DNA of 64,000 nucleotides, taken from contig CM060732.1 of assembly GCA_030704615.1 (NCBI GenBank), positions 76,508,001 through 76,572,000 on the forward strand, given 5' to 3'. The position numbers and the translations under genes are program-made. Source of the DNA: Takakia lepidozioides (lineage: Eukaryota; Plantae; Bryophyta). Below, piece by piece: positions 1-12,352 of the stretch. Within the stretch, counting starts at the first letter, position 1. Each line of letters begins with the position of its first letter. The notes under the pieces were generated by a model. The model had not been told where the DNA came from and made no database searches. It saw only the letters and a program-made list of their open reading frames with translations.

Positions 1-708
1 AAAGACATCCGGGGGCACCAACTCAATGCCACCGGCAACCAAGACTACTTCACGATGAGTGTCGATGAGCGCGTGGCGTTGGGACTTCCGAAGTCCTTCG
101 CCAGGGACCTCTTTGAGGACATGAACTTCCCGGCTGAGCGTGCGTGCAACGCTCCCAAAGTGACATCAGCGAGCTTGAGGGTAACACCAATTGTTGCTCC
201 TTTGCCCCCTGTAGACATAGATACATCGTTGCCTCATATGGAAGAGGAAGTACTACCCTATGCTAATAATGAGGCTGCACCTGCTCTACCATCATTGGAT
301 GGGGTGGCCCATGTGCGGGTAGAGCATGATGAGGCGCCGATTCTTGCACGGGGTCGGCCTCCAGTGATGGGCTGGGAGAGGTATACCAACACCTCTCCCA
401 CACCTTTTACCAATTCGGAGGGTAAGAAAAAGAAGGGAAGCACAACCAGTGCCGATCTACTCAAGGCCTTCAAGGAAGGGAATGAAGGTTTGTTCAAAAA
501 TATGGAGGAGGATAGGAAGGAGAGAATGGACAGGTTTGCCAAATCTTTTCAACTTCAAGATAACATCTTTAAATTTGAGGTTGAAAAAGCTAGAGCAACC
601 TTAGCTACAGAGCAGGCAACTTCAGGTAACCAGCGCACCATGGTGTCGCATTTTGGAAAGCTCGTTGAGCATTTTGGAAAGCTAGTTGAGAAGAAAGATG
701 ACGCCTAG
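1..708 (+). CDS. Myb/SANT (trihelix-like) DNA-binding protein of a PIF/Harbinger element, C-terminal part (5' end outside window)
   Basis: Frame open from base 1: KDIRGHQLNATGNQDYFTMSVDERVALGLPKSFARDLFEDM matches the Y-x-M-xxx-ER-xxxx-LP-xx-F end of Myb/SANT-like domains; ends in a coiled-coil-like tail; convergent with a Harbinger transposase. Confidence 0.7.
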   Translation, partial: KDIRGHQLNATGNQDYFTMSVDERVALGLPKSFARDLFEDMNFPAERACNAPKVTSASLRVTPIVAPLPPVDIDTSLPHMEEEVLPYANNEAAPALPSLDGVAHVRVEHDEAPILARGRPPVMGWERYTNTSPTPFTNSEGKKKKGSTTSADLLKAFKEGNEGLFKNMEEDRKERMDRFAKSFQLQDNIFKFEVEKARATLATEQATSGNQRTMVSHFGKLVEHFGKLVEKKDDA

Positions 709-2192
709 GGATATAGGGGATGACGCCTAGAAAGATACAGAATATGCAATCAAATAACAGAACAAGCTGCATGTGACATATTCAAGTTGCTCTGTTTGTT
801 TAAAGAGACAACTCTGACATTTTTGATAGATGTTTTTGTATCTCATACTTGTATTCATGCAACTGTGCTTTGAAGTACTGGACCTGACTGCTATGTTTCC
901 TCATTAGACCCTTTTGCAGTGGCTGTGGGTTGTGTATTGTGCCAGACGCTCCATTGTCAATTTCAACATGTGATATCAGACCTTCAAGTGTGAACACACT
1001 TGAATCCACGGCCATGGATCCAAGACAAAAACAGGGCCAGAACTGGCCCCATAAACCTTGATACATAGATAGGCTACATCCAGGGTCATAGCAATGTGCA
1101 CAATGGCCTCTACGTCCCTTTGAGTTTGGTTCATAAATGCACACTATATCTCATTCCTGAATGCAGGTGCTTCTCAAAATGGTGGCCAGTTGTCATTGAT
1201 CCTTCCAGATGACAAGAATGAGCCTATCAAAATTGGGAATTTCTGATAGCTTCAACTAGAGACCATGAATGCAGAGCTCCATTAGCATTGTCATGTACAA
1301 CTGGTGTTGTACCCCAAAATCTGAAAATCCACACCATTGTTCTAAATCTGGTCTGAGGGCCACTTAATACATGCCACCAACATGTGGCGGGACTAATTTG
1401 GTCTTTTGTCCTGTGGATACTTTAGACATGGGCTGTCAATGGAAAATTAATGTCGTTTACAACATTAATGTCTGGATTGTATCTCCAGTTGCTTAAACCA
1501 TTGTTGATCTTCCTGACAAAGTATGAGAGTTTCTATGTGACTCATGATATAGTTTAGGGAGTATAGGTGACCAATTTGAACAATACAAAAGCACCAAAAG
1601 CACCTCATACTGTCAGTGTGTTGTGTTGTTTGAACACAGGTTGTTCACAAACAACTCCTGTCATTTGAAAGATGCTTGTAGCTATGGTGGTGGTATCCTT
1701 GTTTGAGTGTGGCTGTAATTGATGCTACAGCTGTCTGGTTACCTGTTATGCTTTCCACAGAGAAGTCCAACATCACCTGACTTCACACATAAGTGCACAA
1801 ACCAGGTCAAACTTGTTTCCCAAAGTAAAGAATGCTAGTTGAGGCCCAGGATGAAGGCATTAGAGAATGTAGGAAGATCCAGCACCTTGTTTCTGGGAGT
1901 GAGAGGCTGCCTGAAGAAGAGGGAACAACCACTACCTTTGTGGGGCCTCACTCCAGTAGTTCAACTTACCTCAGCCTTCCTAGATCCCCACTAGAAAGCC
2001 CTTCACAGAGGCATTATCAACAGCAGCCTCCTAGTCAACCCCCACAATCTCTCAGCCCAACATCATCCCCAGCTTTTAAACATAGCTTATGAGCATTGCT
2101 TGATCTGAAGATTTCCCGTCTGAAACATGGTTCACAAACATCAGAAACGAACATTTCAACATGCAAAAAGTAAGCCTGCATAGAGCACACAG

Positions 2193-3518
2193 TCATGTGT
2201 TGATGACGTGGTTGCAAAATATCGCCCTCAAATCAGCACCAACTGTATGGCCCCTATTGACAACTGGTTCTTGACTGTGGGCAACTCGATCACGCTCCAT
2301 GATGGCTGCCATGGCATCCATCTCATTGTAGATGCCCTCGAAGTCAACTTCCTTGAAATCAACCAAAAGATTATATAGGATGCAGCAGGCATGAATAACC
2401 TGGGGCAAGAAATCAATGTCAAGTTCGCTCCTCCAACCCACCTCTTTGAAGGTACCTTTCATTCGACCAAAGGCAATCTCCGAGAAAATTCTTGCCTTTG
2501 ACAATTGGTGATTGAAGACGGTTTTGGCTCTAGAGAGGACTGGAGCATTGGGAGCTCTTTTGTAACTAGGGATGAGCCAGGGGAGGGCAGGGTAGACTGC
2601 ATCACCAATAAGGAGTGGTGGGATCTCGTGTCCATTGACATTCTCACCACGCAAAAGAGTGCCCTGTGACGCAGGATAGAAAAGGGGGGAGTTCCGTAAC
2701 ACCCTAGAGTCGTTCATACTGCCGGGCTCTCCAACATAGATATCTACAAACTTTGCATCTGGATCCACGACCCCTTGTAGAACCATTGAATAGTAACCAT
2801 TTCTGTTCCTGTAATCAAATTTGATGTCATTGTTGGGGGCCTTGATTCTCATCTGTGTACAATCAATTGCACCAACAACATTCGGAATCCCTGATCTCTT
2901 CTCGTTTTCAAGCATCGATTTCTTGAGAGTCTCACCTCCTTGCCACTGCAGGTGGTGACCCAGGACAGAGATAATGGCAGGGACCACTTGTTGCAAAAGC
3001 TCATACAGAGTTGAACAACCAATTCCAAAAGCCTCGGTAATTTCTATTGTTGTGGCTGCCCACAGTAGTTTATAAAGCACTGCCCCTACTCTCATCGGTA
3101 CAGGTAAGCTCCTCCGGTACCTAGTATCCTGCATCTGTATAACCGGTGCAAGGGCATTGCACAACCAATCGAATGTGCCTGCACTCATCTTCATAATCTG
3201 CAGCCATCTCTCGTCATCATATTGCAAAAGAAAGTCCTCAAACCAAGCTCTCGATCTGTGCTTGACCCACATCCCTGAAGACACACCACCTCTCGGCTTG
3301 TAGTTCCTAATGGTCCAGAACTGGCGCTGCAAAAAACTCCTACATGCAAGGAGTAACATATCTGGATCGTCCTCCTTGGCTAGGTCAATATCATGACGAA
3401 GCAGAGTCGGTCGTGCCTCTTGTGGGCGTCTCATCCCAAACAACTCTGGAGCCTGATCGAGCATGAACTGTATAAAGACAAGAATCTCTCCCATGGCAAT
3501 AGCCAATTCGTTTGTCAT
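2193..3518 (-). CDS. PIF/Harbinger DDE transposase (HARBI1-like)
   Basis: Uninterrupted ORF with GAIDCTQ, YRNRNGYYSMVLQGVVD, GSMNDSRV, LIGDAVYP and SKARIFSEIAFGRMKGTF motifs and an N-terminal HTH; first ATG at 3518. Confidence 0.92.
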   Translation of the reverse strand: MTNELAIAMGEILVFIQFMLDQAPELFGMRRPQEARPTLLRHDIDLAKEDDPDMLLLACRSFLQRQFWTIRNYKPRGGVSSGMWVKHRSRAWFEDFLLQYDDERWLQIMKMSAGTFDWLCNALAPVIQMQDTRYRRSLPVPMRVGAVLYKLLWAATTIEITEAFGIGCSTLYELLQQVVPAIISVLGHHLQWQGGETLKKSMLENEKRSGIPNVVGAIDCTQMRIKAPNNDIKFDYRNRNGYYSMVLQGVVDPDAKFVDIYVGEPGSMNDSRVLRNSPLFYPASQGTLLRGENVNGHEIPPLLIGDAVYPALPWLIPSYKRAPNAPVLSRAKTVFNHQLSKARIFSEIAFGRMKGTFKEVGWRSELDIDFLPQVIHACCILYNLLVDFKEVDFEGIYNEMDAMAAIMERDRVAHSQEPVVNRGHTVGADLRAIFCNHVINT

Positions 3519-3689
3519 ATTGAAGTTTGAACTCAAGAACCAGCAACACCTCTACTAGGGCAGTATTTAGATTGGCATCTTCTATGACTCCAACTTTGAC
3601 AATGAACCCTGTAGATATGAGCATTCCAATGCTTGAGAACACATCTCAAGATGGATATCATACATCACTAACTTAGCTTGATCCACAGT

Positions 3690-3810
3690 ATGGAGCATGA
3701 AAATGTAAATGAAAATGTAGTCTCATGGAGTATCATTATTGCAGGCTATGCTCAGCATGGGTGTGGTAGGGATGCCCTCCAACTATTTGAACAAACGCAA
3801 TGGATAAAAC
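3690..3810 (+). pseudogene. PLS-class PPR gene fragment inside the Harbinger element
   Basis: Translates ENVVSWSIIIAGYAQHGCGRDALQLFEQ, a canonical PPR motif. Confidence 0.7.
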
Positions 3811-5225
3811 GTAGAGTTTGGACAGATCAGAGTTGTCTGTAAAACAGTCTCTTCTGCAAAGGGCTTGTGTGCAGCAGCTGGTGGGCCCAGAAGGAGCTTG
3901 TGCAATATCATTGTGTTCCCTCCACTGGACACATAAACTTGAACAGGCTCTTCAAGACCAAAAGGTCGAGGCATTGATGATGTTTAAGCATCATCAGACA
4001 TTGAAAGACATTTCAAAAGGGATCGACCAGCCAAGCATGCCTGTCAAAACAGGGAGAAACCTGCATGGAGCAATTCCAGAAAAAATTCTCACCTTTGCGA
4101 CTCAGGAAGGCATTTTGCTGTCTTCTAGCATCAAATCGCTGTGAACTCTACAGGCACCAAGCACCACAGCTCCCTCTTCCCTGCATCCTTTCGCAGTTGG
4201 TGATCGCTTGTCACTGACAGAAAGATAGCACAAGTCTCTCAAACTGACCTTCCACTGGAACAGCAGTCTGAACGCGGCAGGGCCTGGGTCGTCAAGCACT
4301 CCCACGGGCTCCGTCCACCATAGCCGCGGGAAGACGGGCGGGCAGCCCGATTTTTTTTTTTTTGGCGCTCCTGCTAACAAACTGCCGCGCGACGGTTTGT
4401 TAGTAGCCAGGTGCGGCCGCCGTCGAGGTTCCTGCCAGACCTGCTAGCTAGCCGGCGCGCTAGCTGCGGCTAGTGGCCTGCTAGCTAACCGGCAGGTGCG
4501 GCCGGGGCCTTATGTTAATAAAAGTTCATTCTTTGCACCTAAAACGGTTGATCTGATGTGGATGGACCATTCTAGGTCCATGATTGTTTATTTGATGCCC
4601 ATTTATAGGGATCCATTTCAGAACGTGGTCTGAATTGGGTCATCTACCTTATGAGCTTTTAGTAAGTTACTAAACAACCGTAAGTGTCTATAATAATAAA
4701 AGGGACCTTTAAGGGACCTTAAGAGGATCCTTAAAAGGTCCCTTTTAAGATATTAGTAACTCGCCGACGATTATATAAAGTACCTAGTAAACTACTAAAC
4801 TACACTAGGTATTCTGGTCCTTCGTTTCCGAGAAGAGGGTTGGGTGCGCCATAGCCGATAGCTTCCATATATCTGTGCTGCTCTGCTTGCATCCGCTCGT
4901 TTCACTGTTACAATCTCTGCTAGATATCTTTCATACAGTCCAGAATCGCAGGAGACCAGATTACTTATTCACTATTTCAGTCCCGTTGTAGCTAGTCTCC
5001 AGTTCATGGACAAGTTTAGGGTTTTGATCTAAATCGACTAGATCCGAGAGCTCTCGGATTGCATCCGCCCTTCCAGTTCTATCTCTGCTGCGGTTTCCTC
5101 CTGAAGTTTGGAAGCTTGTGAATCCTGTAGAATTAGTGGTGATTCGGCTTAAGGGTTTCCAACTGACATCTATTTGTTGTGATTTACGTCAATCTCTCAA
5201 GCTCGGCCCCCTCTTGTTTGCGAAG

Positions 5226-6890
5226 ATGTTGGCATCACCAGGTCACTCCCCGCGCCATATATTGCCGCCGCCGTCACCCTCACCTAGCATAAGGAGCATT
5301 GATAGCCGAGAAGACCATGTGCGAAGGGCTTCTCTTGTCCTATCGTCCACACATGAGCGGGGCATGGGGCGGCCCCCGCTGCCGAAGAAGCTCAAGAAAA
5401 CACAAATTCCGGTTGATGAGGACAGGTATGTTGCCGCTATAGAGAAGATTATTGAGCGGGATTTCTTTCCTGACATCCCCAAGCTTCAGAATCGTCTAGA
5501 ATGGTTGGAGGCTGTGAGGTCTGGGGACCCGGTGGTAATTCGGGAGGCTCAAATGAATATCATTCAGCGAAGGAAAGTCAAAGCTAGGGAACAAGGGGAG
5601 AGGGATGCTACTCCATCAACTGTAGCCGATTTTGCTACACCAAGCTCCATGATATCCGGGGCTGTGAGCCCTTCCCTTTCGCTTAGATCTGGACAGTCTC
5701 CCTCCCCTTCACAGATTTTTGATGGCCCACTGGCTGCGTCATCTTCGGCTGAAAGTGGACCCGCTATCGACACATCTCTTCCCCTGGATGAGTTTCTTAG
5801 ACGTTACACAAGTGAGGACAACGCCAGTTTTTCTCAGATAATTGAGAAAGTCAACAAACAGCGGAAGCAGAAGTACGAATTCTTGAGCGAGAAGGAGCTG
5901 ATTGACCCGAATTTAAGAATTACTCAGGAGGGTGATCGTATCACCGATGGCTTTGGCACTTCCGGACAACCAGAGGCCACTCTCGAAACCTGGAAGTACA
6001 GGGCCAAGAGCTTGCTAATGTATGATTCAGCCGAGAGGGAGGACGCACCTCTAACTCAGGCAGAGAGGGAGGAATTGGTTGAGGGTCTGCCAAAGGCAAT
6101 CACTATCAGGAACACCAGGTTCCATGGCAAAATGTTTGATTCAAAATTGCGAGAGGAGGACACTGTGGCAATTCTGTACACACCAGTGCCTGGATCAACC
6201 CCAGTGGCCTGGCCTTTTGCAGAAAGAGATGCAGAGAGAGCAAGGAAGCGGTATGACCTGGAGGAGCTGCGGAGAACTCCACAGGCATTTGATGAGAGGG
6301 AAGCCAGGGCCGCTGGTGGAGTCAAGGGAGCTGGAGGCCCTGGTGGATACAGCTTTGTGGCTACCCCTTCTCCAGCCCCAGGAGTAGATGAATCACCATT
6401 TATGACATGGGGAGAGATTGAAGGCACTCCTCTTAGGCTGGAAACTGAGGACACACCAGTGGGGATTGGAGGGAGCGGAGATGGGCCTCACTTCAAGATC
6501 CCGGCTCCACCTACACGAGATGCAAGGGCCCACACCCTCTCTAGGGATGCTGCCCGCAGTCTGAGGGAGAAATCAAAATTGCATCAGATAGGGTCATCTC
6601 CATCCCCAATGAGGGAGTCTCCCAGTCCAGTGATGGGGAGTTTGTCAGCAGCAGCACAGAAGTTTGTGAGCAAAGCTATGGCCAAAACATGTGGCTCTGT
6701 GGATGCAAGGTTGAGGGCAAGCTATAGGGCTAGTACTACCCCAGGCACCCCAAGAATGGCACGCAATGCAGTTCGGTCAAGAGAGGGGAGCCTTTCAGGA
6801 AGGGAAGGGAGTTTGCCATTGCGGTCTCCTTCAGTGCGAGAAAACAGCCTTCCTGCGGTATCACCCACTACGTCTCCTGTCGGCGTCTGA
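5226..6890 (+). CDS. ESS2: Splicing factor ESS-2 / DGCR14 homolog (intronless)
   Basis: MLASPGHSPRH start; DEDRYVAAIEKIIERDFFPDIPKL, LDEFLRRYTSEDNASF, GYSFVATPSPAPGVDESPFMTWGEIEGTPLRL motifs. Confidence 0.93.
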   Translation: MLASPGHSPRHILPPPSPSPSIRSIDSREDHVRRASLVLSSTHERGMGRPPLPKKLKKTQIPVDEDRYVAAIEKIIERDFFPDIPKLQNRLEWLEAVRSGDPVVIREAQMNIIQRRKVKAREQGERDATPSTVADFATPSSMISGAVSPSLSLRSGQSPSPSQIFDGPLAASSSAESGPAIDTSLPLDEFLRRYTSEDNASFSQIIEKVNKQRKQKYEFLSEKELIDPNLRITQEGDRITDGFGTSGQPEATLETWKYRAKSLLMYDSAEREDAPLTQAEREELVEGLPKAITIRNTRFHGKMFDSKLREEDTVAILYTPVPGSTPVAWPFAERDAERARKRYDLEELRRTPQAFDEREARAAGGVKGAGGPGGYSFVATPSPAPGVDESPFMTWGEIEGTPLRLETEDTPVGIGGSGDGPHFKIPAPPTRDARAHTLSRDAARSLREKSKLHQIGSSPSPMRESPSPVMGSLSAAAQKFVSKAMAKTCGSVDARLRASYRASTTPGTPRMARNAVRSREGSLSGREGSLPLRSPSVRENSLPAVSPTTSPVGV

Positions 6891-8054
6891 TCTGCCTGGC
6901 TTGTAACAAGTAGCTAGAAAAGACTACCTGGCCGTGTAGACTCCATCACTGGACTCGAAGCTTAGATGAATGTTCTGGATGGCTAGCAACAAGCAGCTAG
7001 AAAAGACTCTGGCTCTCCTGGCTTACTCCATCAGATGCTCTACACTCAAGAACTGAACTATGTACCCACTCGCTTAGGAAAGTCATTGCAGTATTAGTGG
7101 TCCCCTCACTCTGGATTGTTGGCCAGTGAGGAAGGCTTTGGAGTTCTAACTAAGGAAGTAAACCCACCATAAGTTGGAAACAGCATGGTATCTCGAAGAA
7201 GGCGAGGGATAACACAGAAGCTTGGCTTCAGGATCAAGTGGTTCTTTGAGGTGCGCCATTTGAAAGATGTAGAGTTGACGGACTTCACATCTTCAGGGTC
7301 CCCTCTCCACCTCATTGGTGCCATATTATGTTGTGTGACATCCACAGGTGGATTCCATATGGATTTTTTTTGTAATTTGGATGGATAATGTTTCTTTGAG
7401 ATTTTGTAATTTGGAGAACTGTTCTATGACCTCTTGACTTGCTCTTCAAATGTTGACAAAGTGGAGTCTCATGCCATCGGAGGGATGGATGCTTGGATTG
7501 CTGGAGTTGTCTATTGTTTAGAAAATTGTATGCATTACTACTGCTGGGCATGTTTCTGGGGTTTTAAAAGTTTTGTAGGTGTAGAAGCTGGATCAGATAT
7601 CCTGTCAATATTGGTGAATTTAACTAGAGAAACGACTGTACTTTATCAATGAACAGGGGCGTCCAGTTGTATGGAATTAAGGCATCTCCTTGGAGGAAGA
7701 CATGAATGGCTTCATGACTTCTGTCTGTATCTTTGAAGCCGTCTCATTGAGATTTTGCAACTTTGAGATATATCTGAGATCATGACAGGGTGCCAGCATT
7801 GTACATGTATTTCTTCAAGTCGAAGACCACTGCCACAACAGCAACAGTGGGGCATGCAACCTAGCAATACCTTAGCTTACATGTATGTCATGCAACCTAG
7901 ATCTTGTAATACATGCCTTAACCCTATATGGGAGCCACATCCTCCACCCCATTTCCCACTTTTGAAGATTTCTGAAAATCCTCGGCCCATGGATGCAAAA
8001 GATGGAACTACCCTGGATACGATATATAAGCATGAGGGCTTTGGTGTGGCCAGT

Positions 8055-8175
8055 GCTGGTGCTGCATGCGAATTGTGGGGGCATGAAGGATATACGTGAA
8101 GTGTTCAACAACATGGCTTAGAAAGATGTAGTTTCATGGAGTGCAATTTCTTGCTGCACATACAAGTATGGGTCT
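8055..8175 (+). pseudogene. Degenerate PLS-class PPR fragment
   Basis: HANCGGMKDIREVFNNMA*KDVVSWSAI resembles MYAKCG..DA..VF..M..KDVVSWSA; contains an internal stop. Confidence 0.55.
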
Positions 8176-8647
8176 TTAAGTCCCAGTTTAATTGCATCAC
8201 CCATGCGTTGATATCATTGTCTTACTTACCCCCCGGTCCTCACTGCATTGGTCTTCATAAGCTTGGTTGCACTAACACAGGCATCGATATGTAAATGAAG
8301 TCTGCAAGACCAACACCTGACTTATCTTCCCATTCGATCGTCAAGAAGAGCCACTGGTTATGACTTTTAACCAGGCTCAATTATTCACCATGATTAGGTC
8401 CCCTGCACCCAATGCAAATCCACTGCAAACAGCAATGGAGCAAAATGCAAGACAAAGACAAGTGAATTAAAACATCAAAACATCAAAAACATCAAAACAT
8501 TAAGATATACAAACACGCTGAGGCACTCCCCATACTGTCTGCAGTTGATGACTGTGGCATACAAACAGTTCATTCAACCAAGACATCATTTCCCAACCTG
8601 CTCAACAGTAACTTCAGATTTATTTGGAAGGGGCCATTTGGATCACC

Positions 8648-10039
8648 TCAAGGCACTCGGCGCAGACTGCTAGCAAGCAGGTAACTGAAGGCAGAGTCCA
8701 CTGAGGCCAGAAACACTATTAGCAGTATAACCACTACCAGCGTCAACAGAGCCATCTTTACCTGGATACACCAACACATCAGCAATCAGAAGGAGGAGGG
8801 GAGGGATGATATACTGGTTGAACCTTCCCTGTGAACTTCTCTGATGTTCTCATATGACACAATCACGCTGAAAAATAACTAAAAACATAGAAGAGTGATA
8901 GAAAATGAGGTAGATTGTTCTGATTCAGGTACATGCAGAGCCAAAGCAGTATAACCAACAAGTGCATCACTAATTTTAAGACCAGATGGGTCAGGAGGTA
9001 GGTAAAGCCATTGCTCTTTCAATCTATGGGACAGACAGTTGAGCGTACAGTGCTTTCAAAAGAGGGCCATTCGATCTGTTGAGCCTGCCCTGGCTGTTCC
9101 CACAAGAACTGAAGTAGTCCCTTTAACCCACTGCATCCATCATCCCACCTGCTTGATCAGCGCTGGATCACAAAAGTGCACGTTGAGCTACTTTACTGTG
9201 ACTACATGTTGGGAGCCACCTACCTTGAGAAATCTGCTGGGAAATGTATGAGGATTGCTCGGGCTCACAACTCTTTTTCACTTCCAAATATGATCTGGAA
9301 GACAGGTGCTCTACTCCGACTAAAACCTCTGAGAAATCCAAAAGAGTCTCTCTTCTGCGTTGGGCCCGGGTTCCCAATCTCATCCCCTCCCCTTCTACCC
9401 CGACTCCTCAGATGTGGTGAGATAAGCATTGCAAATGATTGTCTCAGAAGCCGACCCTTCCGCTGTGTGCGTGTCAACTTGCAGAACATTCTGAAAAGAA
9501 CGATACCTGTAGAAAGATTTTAGCACCCATAGCCACAGAGGCTCCTCATTCAAGTAGCTGTCAAAGGATGAAGCTGACCACTCCTCTCTCCGCGAAGCTT
9601 CTGCAGACACATTTATCGGCTTACTCCGAACCGAATCCTGAAAATTGTCAGACCTCCTTGTGTTTTTAAAATTACCAGCCGCTTCCAATCTCCTGGCACT
9701 CTTTGGTAGACGATTGTCAGCGGGTCCTACATTCTGTCTATTAGAAACCAGTGATCGTCTTACATGGTGCCACCCGCCAGTTTTAAAGTGGCATACTGTT
9801 GGTAAAGGTACAGTTCGTAAATCTCGAGAACTGCGAATAAACCTAAATCTGCGAGAGCACTGAACCGGTAGGATTGAAACAATGGAACTGGATTTACAGA
9901 TGGAATATGGGCGCAGTACTCTATTGCTGGGTGAATTTGATATCACAGAACTACACCATGGGGTGCGTTTAACCAGCACTTGCAAACAACTCGCCATGGA
10001 TACTTCCATGCAGCTTTGACAGGTGAACGACAGCGCCAT
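8648..10039 (-). CDS. SECE2: Plastid inner-envelope preprotein translocase subunit SECE2
   Basis: Exons 10039-9507, 9130-9049, 8761-8648 with GT-AG junctions give ...EEPLWLWVLKSFYSGLKGLLQFLWEQPGQAQQIEWPSFESTVKMALLTLVVVILLIVFLASVDSAFSYLLASSLRRVP*; SecE IEWPS motif, C-terminal TM helix, Ser/Arg-rich transit peptide. Confidence 0.85.
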
Positions 10040-11180
10040 TCAATATGTTGTTTCTCTCTCCTCCTCGGTAAGGAATGCTTCACTTGCTCTACTACCAGAA
10101 AAGACTCTGAAACAAACAGCTTTTCCAGAAAATCTCTTCATTGGTGGGTTCACAAAAGAAAGGTAGAAAGCGAGGCCCTGGCCCACATTAAAGAGTACAA
10201 GAATATACGTGCGGGAGACAAGGAGAAGCCGAAATCTATCGTGAAAGCAAGGGCCCACAGGCAGAAACCCTAGAAACGAGATAGCCGAAACCCTAAACAT
10301 CTGCGAGCATCCAGCTTGTCTTGTCCACAACAGCGCTTATCCTTCAGTTTTACTATCACAGTTTCTTAAGTTGGGATGACTTGTTGTTTTATGAACAATG
10401 CCAGGCTTTAGGAAAAACTATGTTGTCTAGCAAGATCCAGTCTATAATCCAATCATGTCTGGTGGATTTCAGGATTTTCAGATTGATGGTCAGTTTGCGA
10501 TGCACAATCCACCAAACTGTTCACCACTTCAAGCAGCACAAGTTTCTTCAACAATTTGCTCAATGAACATAGAAACAGGAAGCTGAACATTGCTAACATT
10601 GATCGCACTCTGTGTGCGCGATACTACCCAACCAAATCATCCTGTACTCAGAAAATTTCACTGTATAACAAGATTGCTGAGAATGCTCACAAGGAATTTC
10701 ATCTCACATACAAAATCAGTCTGGTGGTGTGAAGGGATGCACAGATTACTATTCACACATTGAACTCATAATATGCAGAATTCAAATGCAGGATTTATTT
10801 GTAGTCTCAAACAGTACTCGCGGTGTTGTATCTTCTCATGGCTCCCAGTTCCGATCGAAGCCTCTATCACTCCGGGGCCTCAACATAAAACATCAAAAGA
10901 CAGCTACATTTAACAAAACCCACTGATACTGAAAACATGACACTCCGCTGATTGCACCAACCTGCCTATCACAAGCGCTCAGGATCACAAAACATCCACA
11001 AGCCCTTAATCAGGACTGCAGATAGGGCTATTAGTAGTTTAAACACAACTAAACGACGGGAGTAGCCAGATGAGTCATTCCTATCGCAAAGAGTGACAAT
11101 TTACATTATATACTCTCTACCACTTCGAGGGATTCCAAAACTTCGTGAAGGGGCATTGCTTCGACAAATAACATGCTCAT

Positions 11181-12137
<957 letters not shown>

Positions 12138-12343
12138 GATGAAAATCTCTTGACTCCACACCTCGCGATGCCGCCGACAGCCCACAAAGGAAAGCGAAAC
12201 CTTGAGCACCAAGGGGCGATGGAAGAGACTGGCTATGGCGGTGAGCAGATGCAAGATGCACGATGCAGGCTGCCCAGAATCTCAAACACACAGGGCTCCA
12301 ACCAGGGCTCTTGCCAGCCGTCCATCTCTGCGATCCACCGTGT

Positions 12344-12352
12344 AAACCCTAA
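12344..12352. promoter_or_regulatory. Telo-box (AAACCCTAA) near the RPS27 5' end
   Basis: Exact motif about 200 bp upstream of the RPS27 ATG; telo-boxes are typical of plant ribosomal protein genes. Confidence 0.6.

Larger units (their letters stand above)
1..4509. mobile_element. PIF/Harbinger DNA transposon (right part; left end outside window)
   Basis: Two convergent Harbinger ORFs; GC-rich subterminal region 4380-4509 with repeated CAGGTGCGGCC and GCTAGC motifs ending ...GGGGCC, immediately followed by TTA (4510-4512), the typical 3-bp TSD. Confidence 0.8.

Noticed and set aside
9224-9294. Extra SECE2 exon flanked by AG/GT
   Set aside because: Not needed for homology and would shift the frame; at most a poison exon, with no support.
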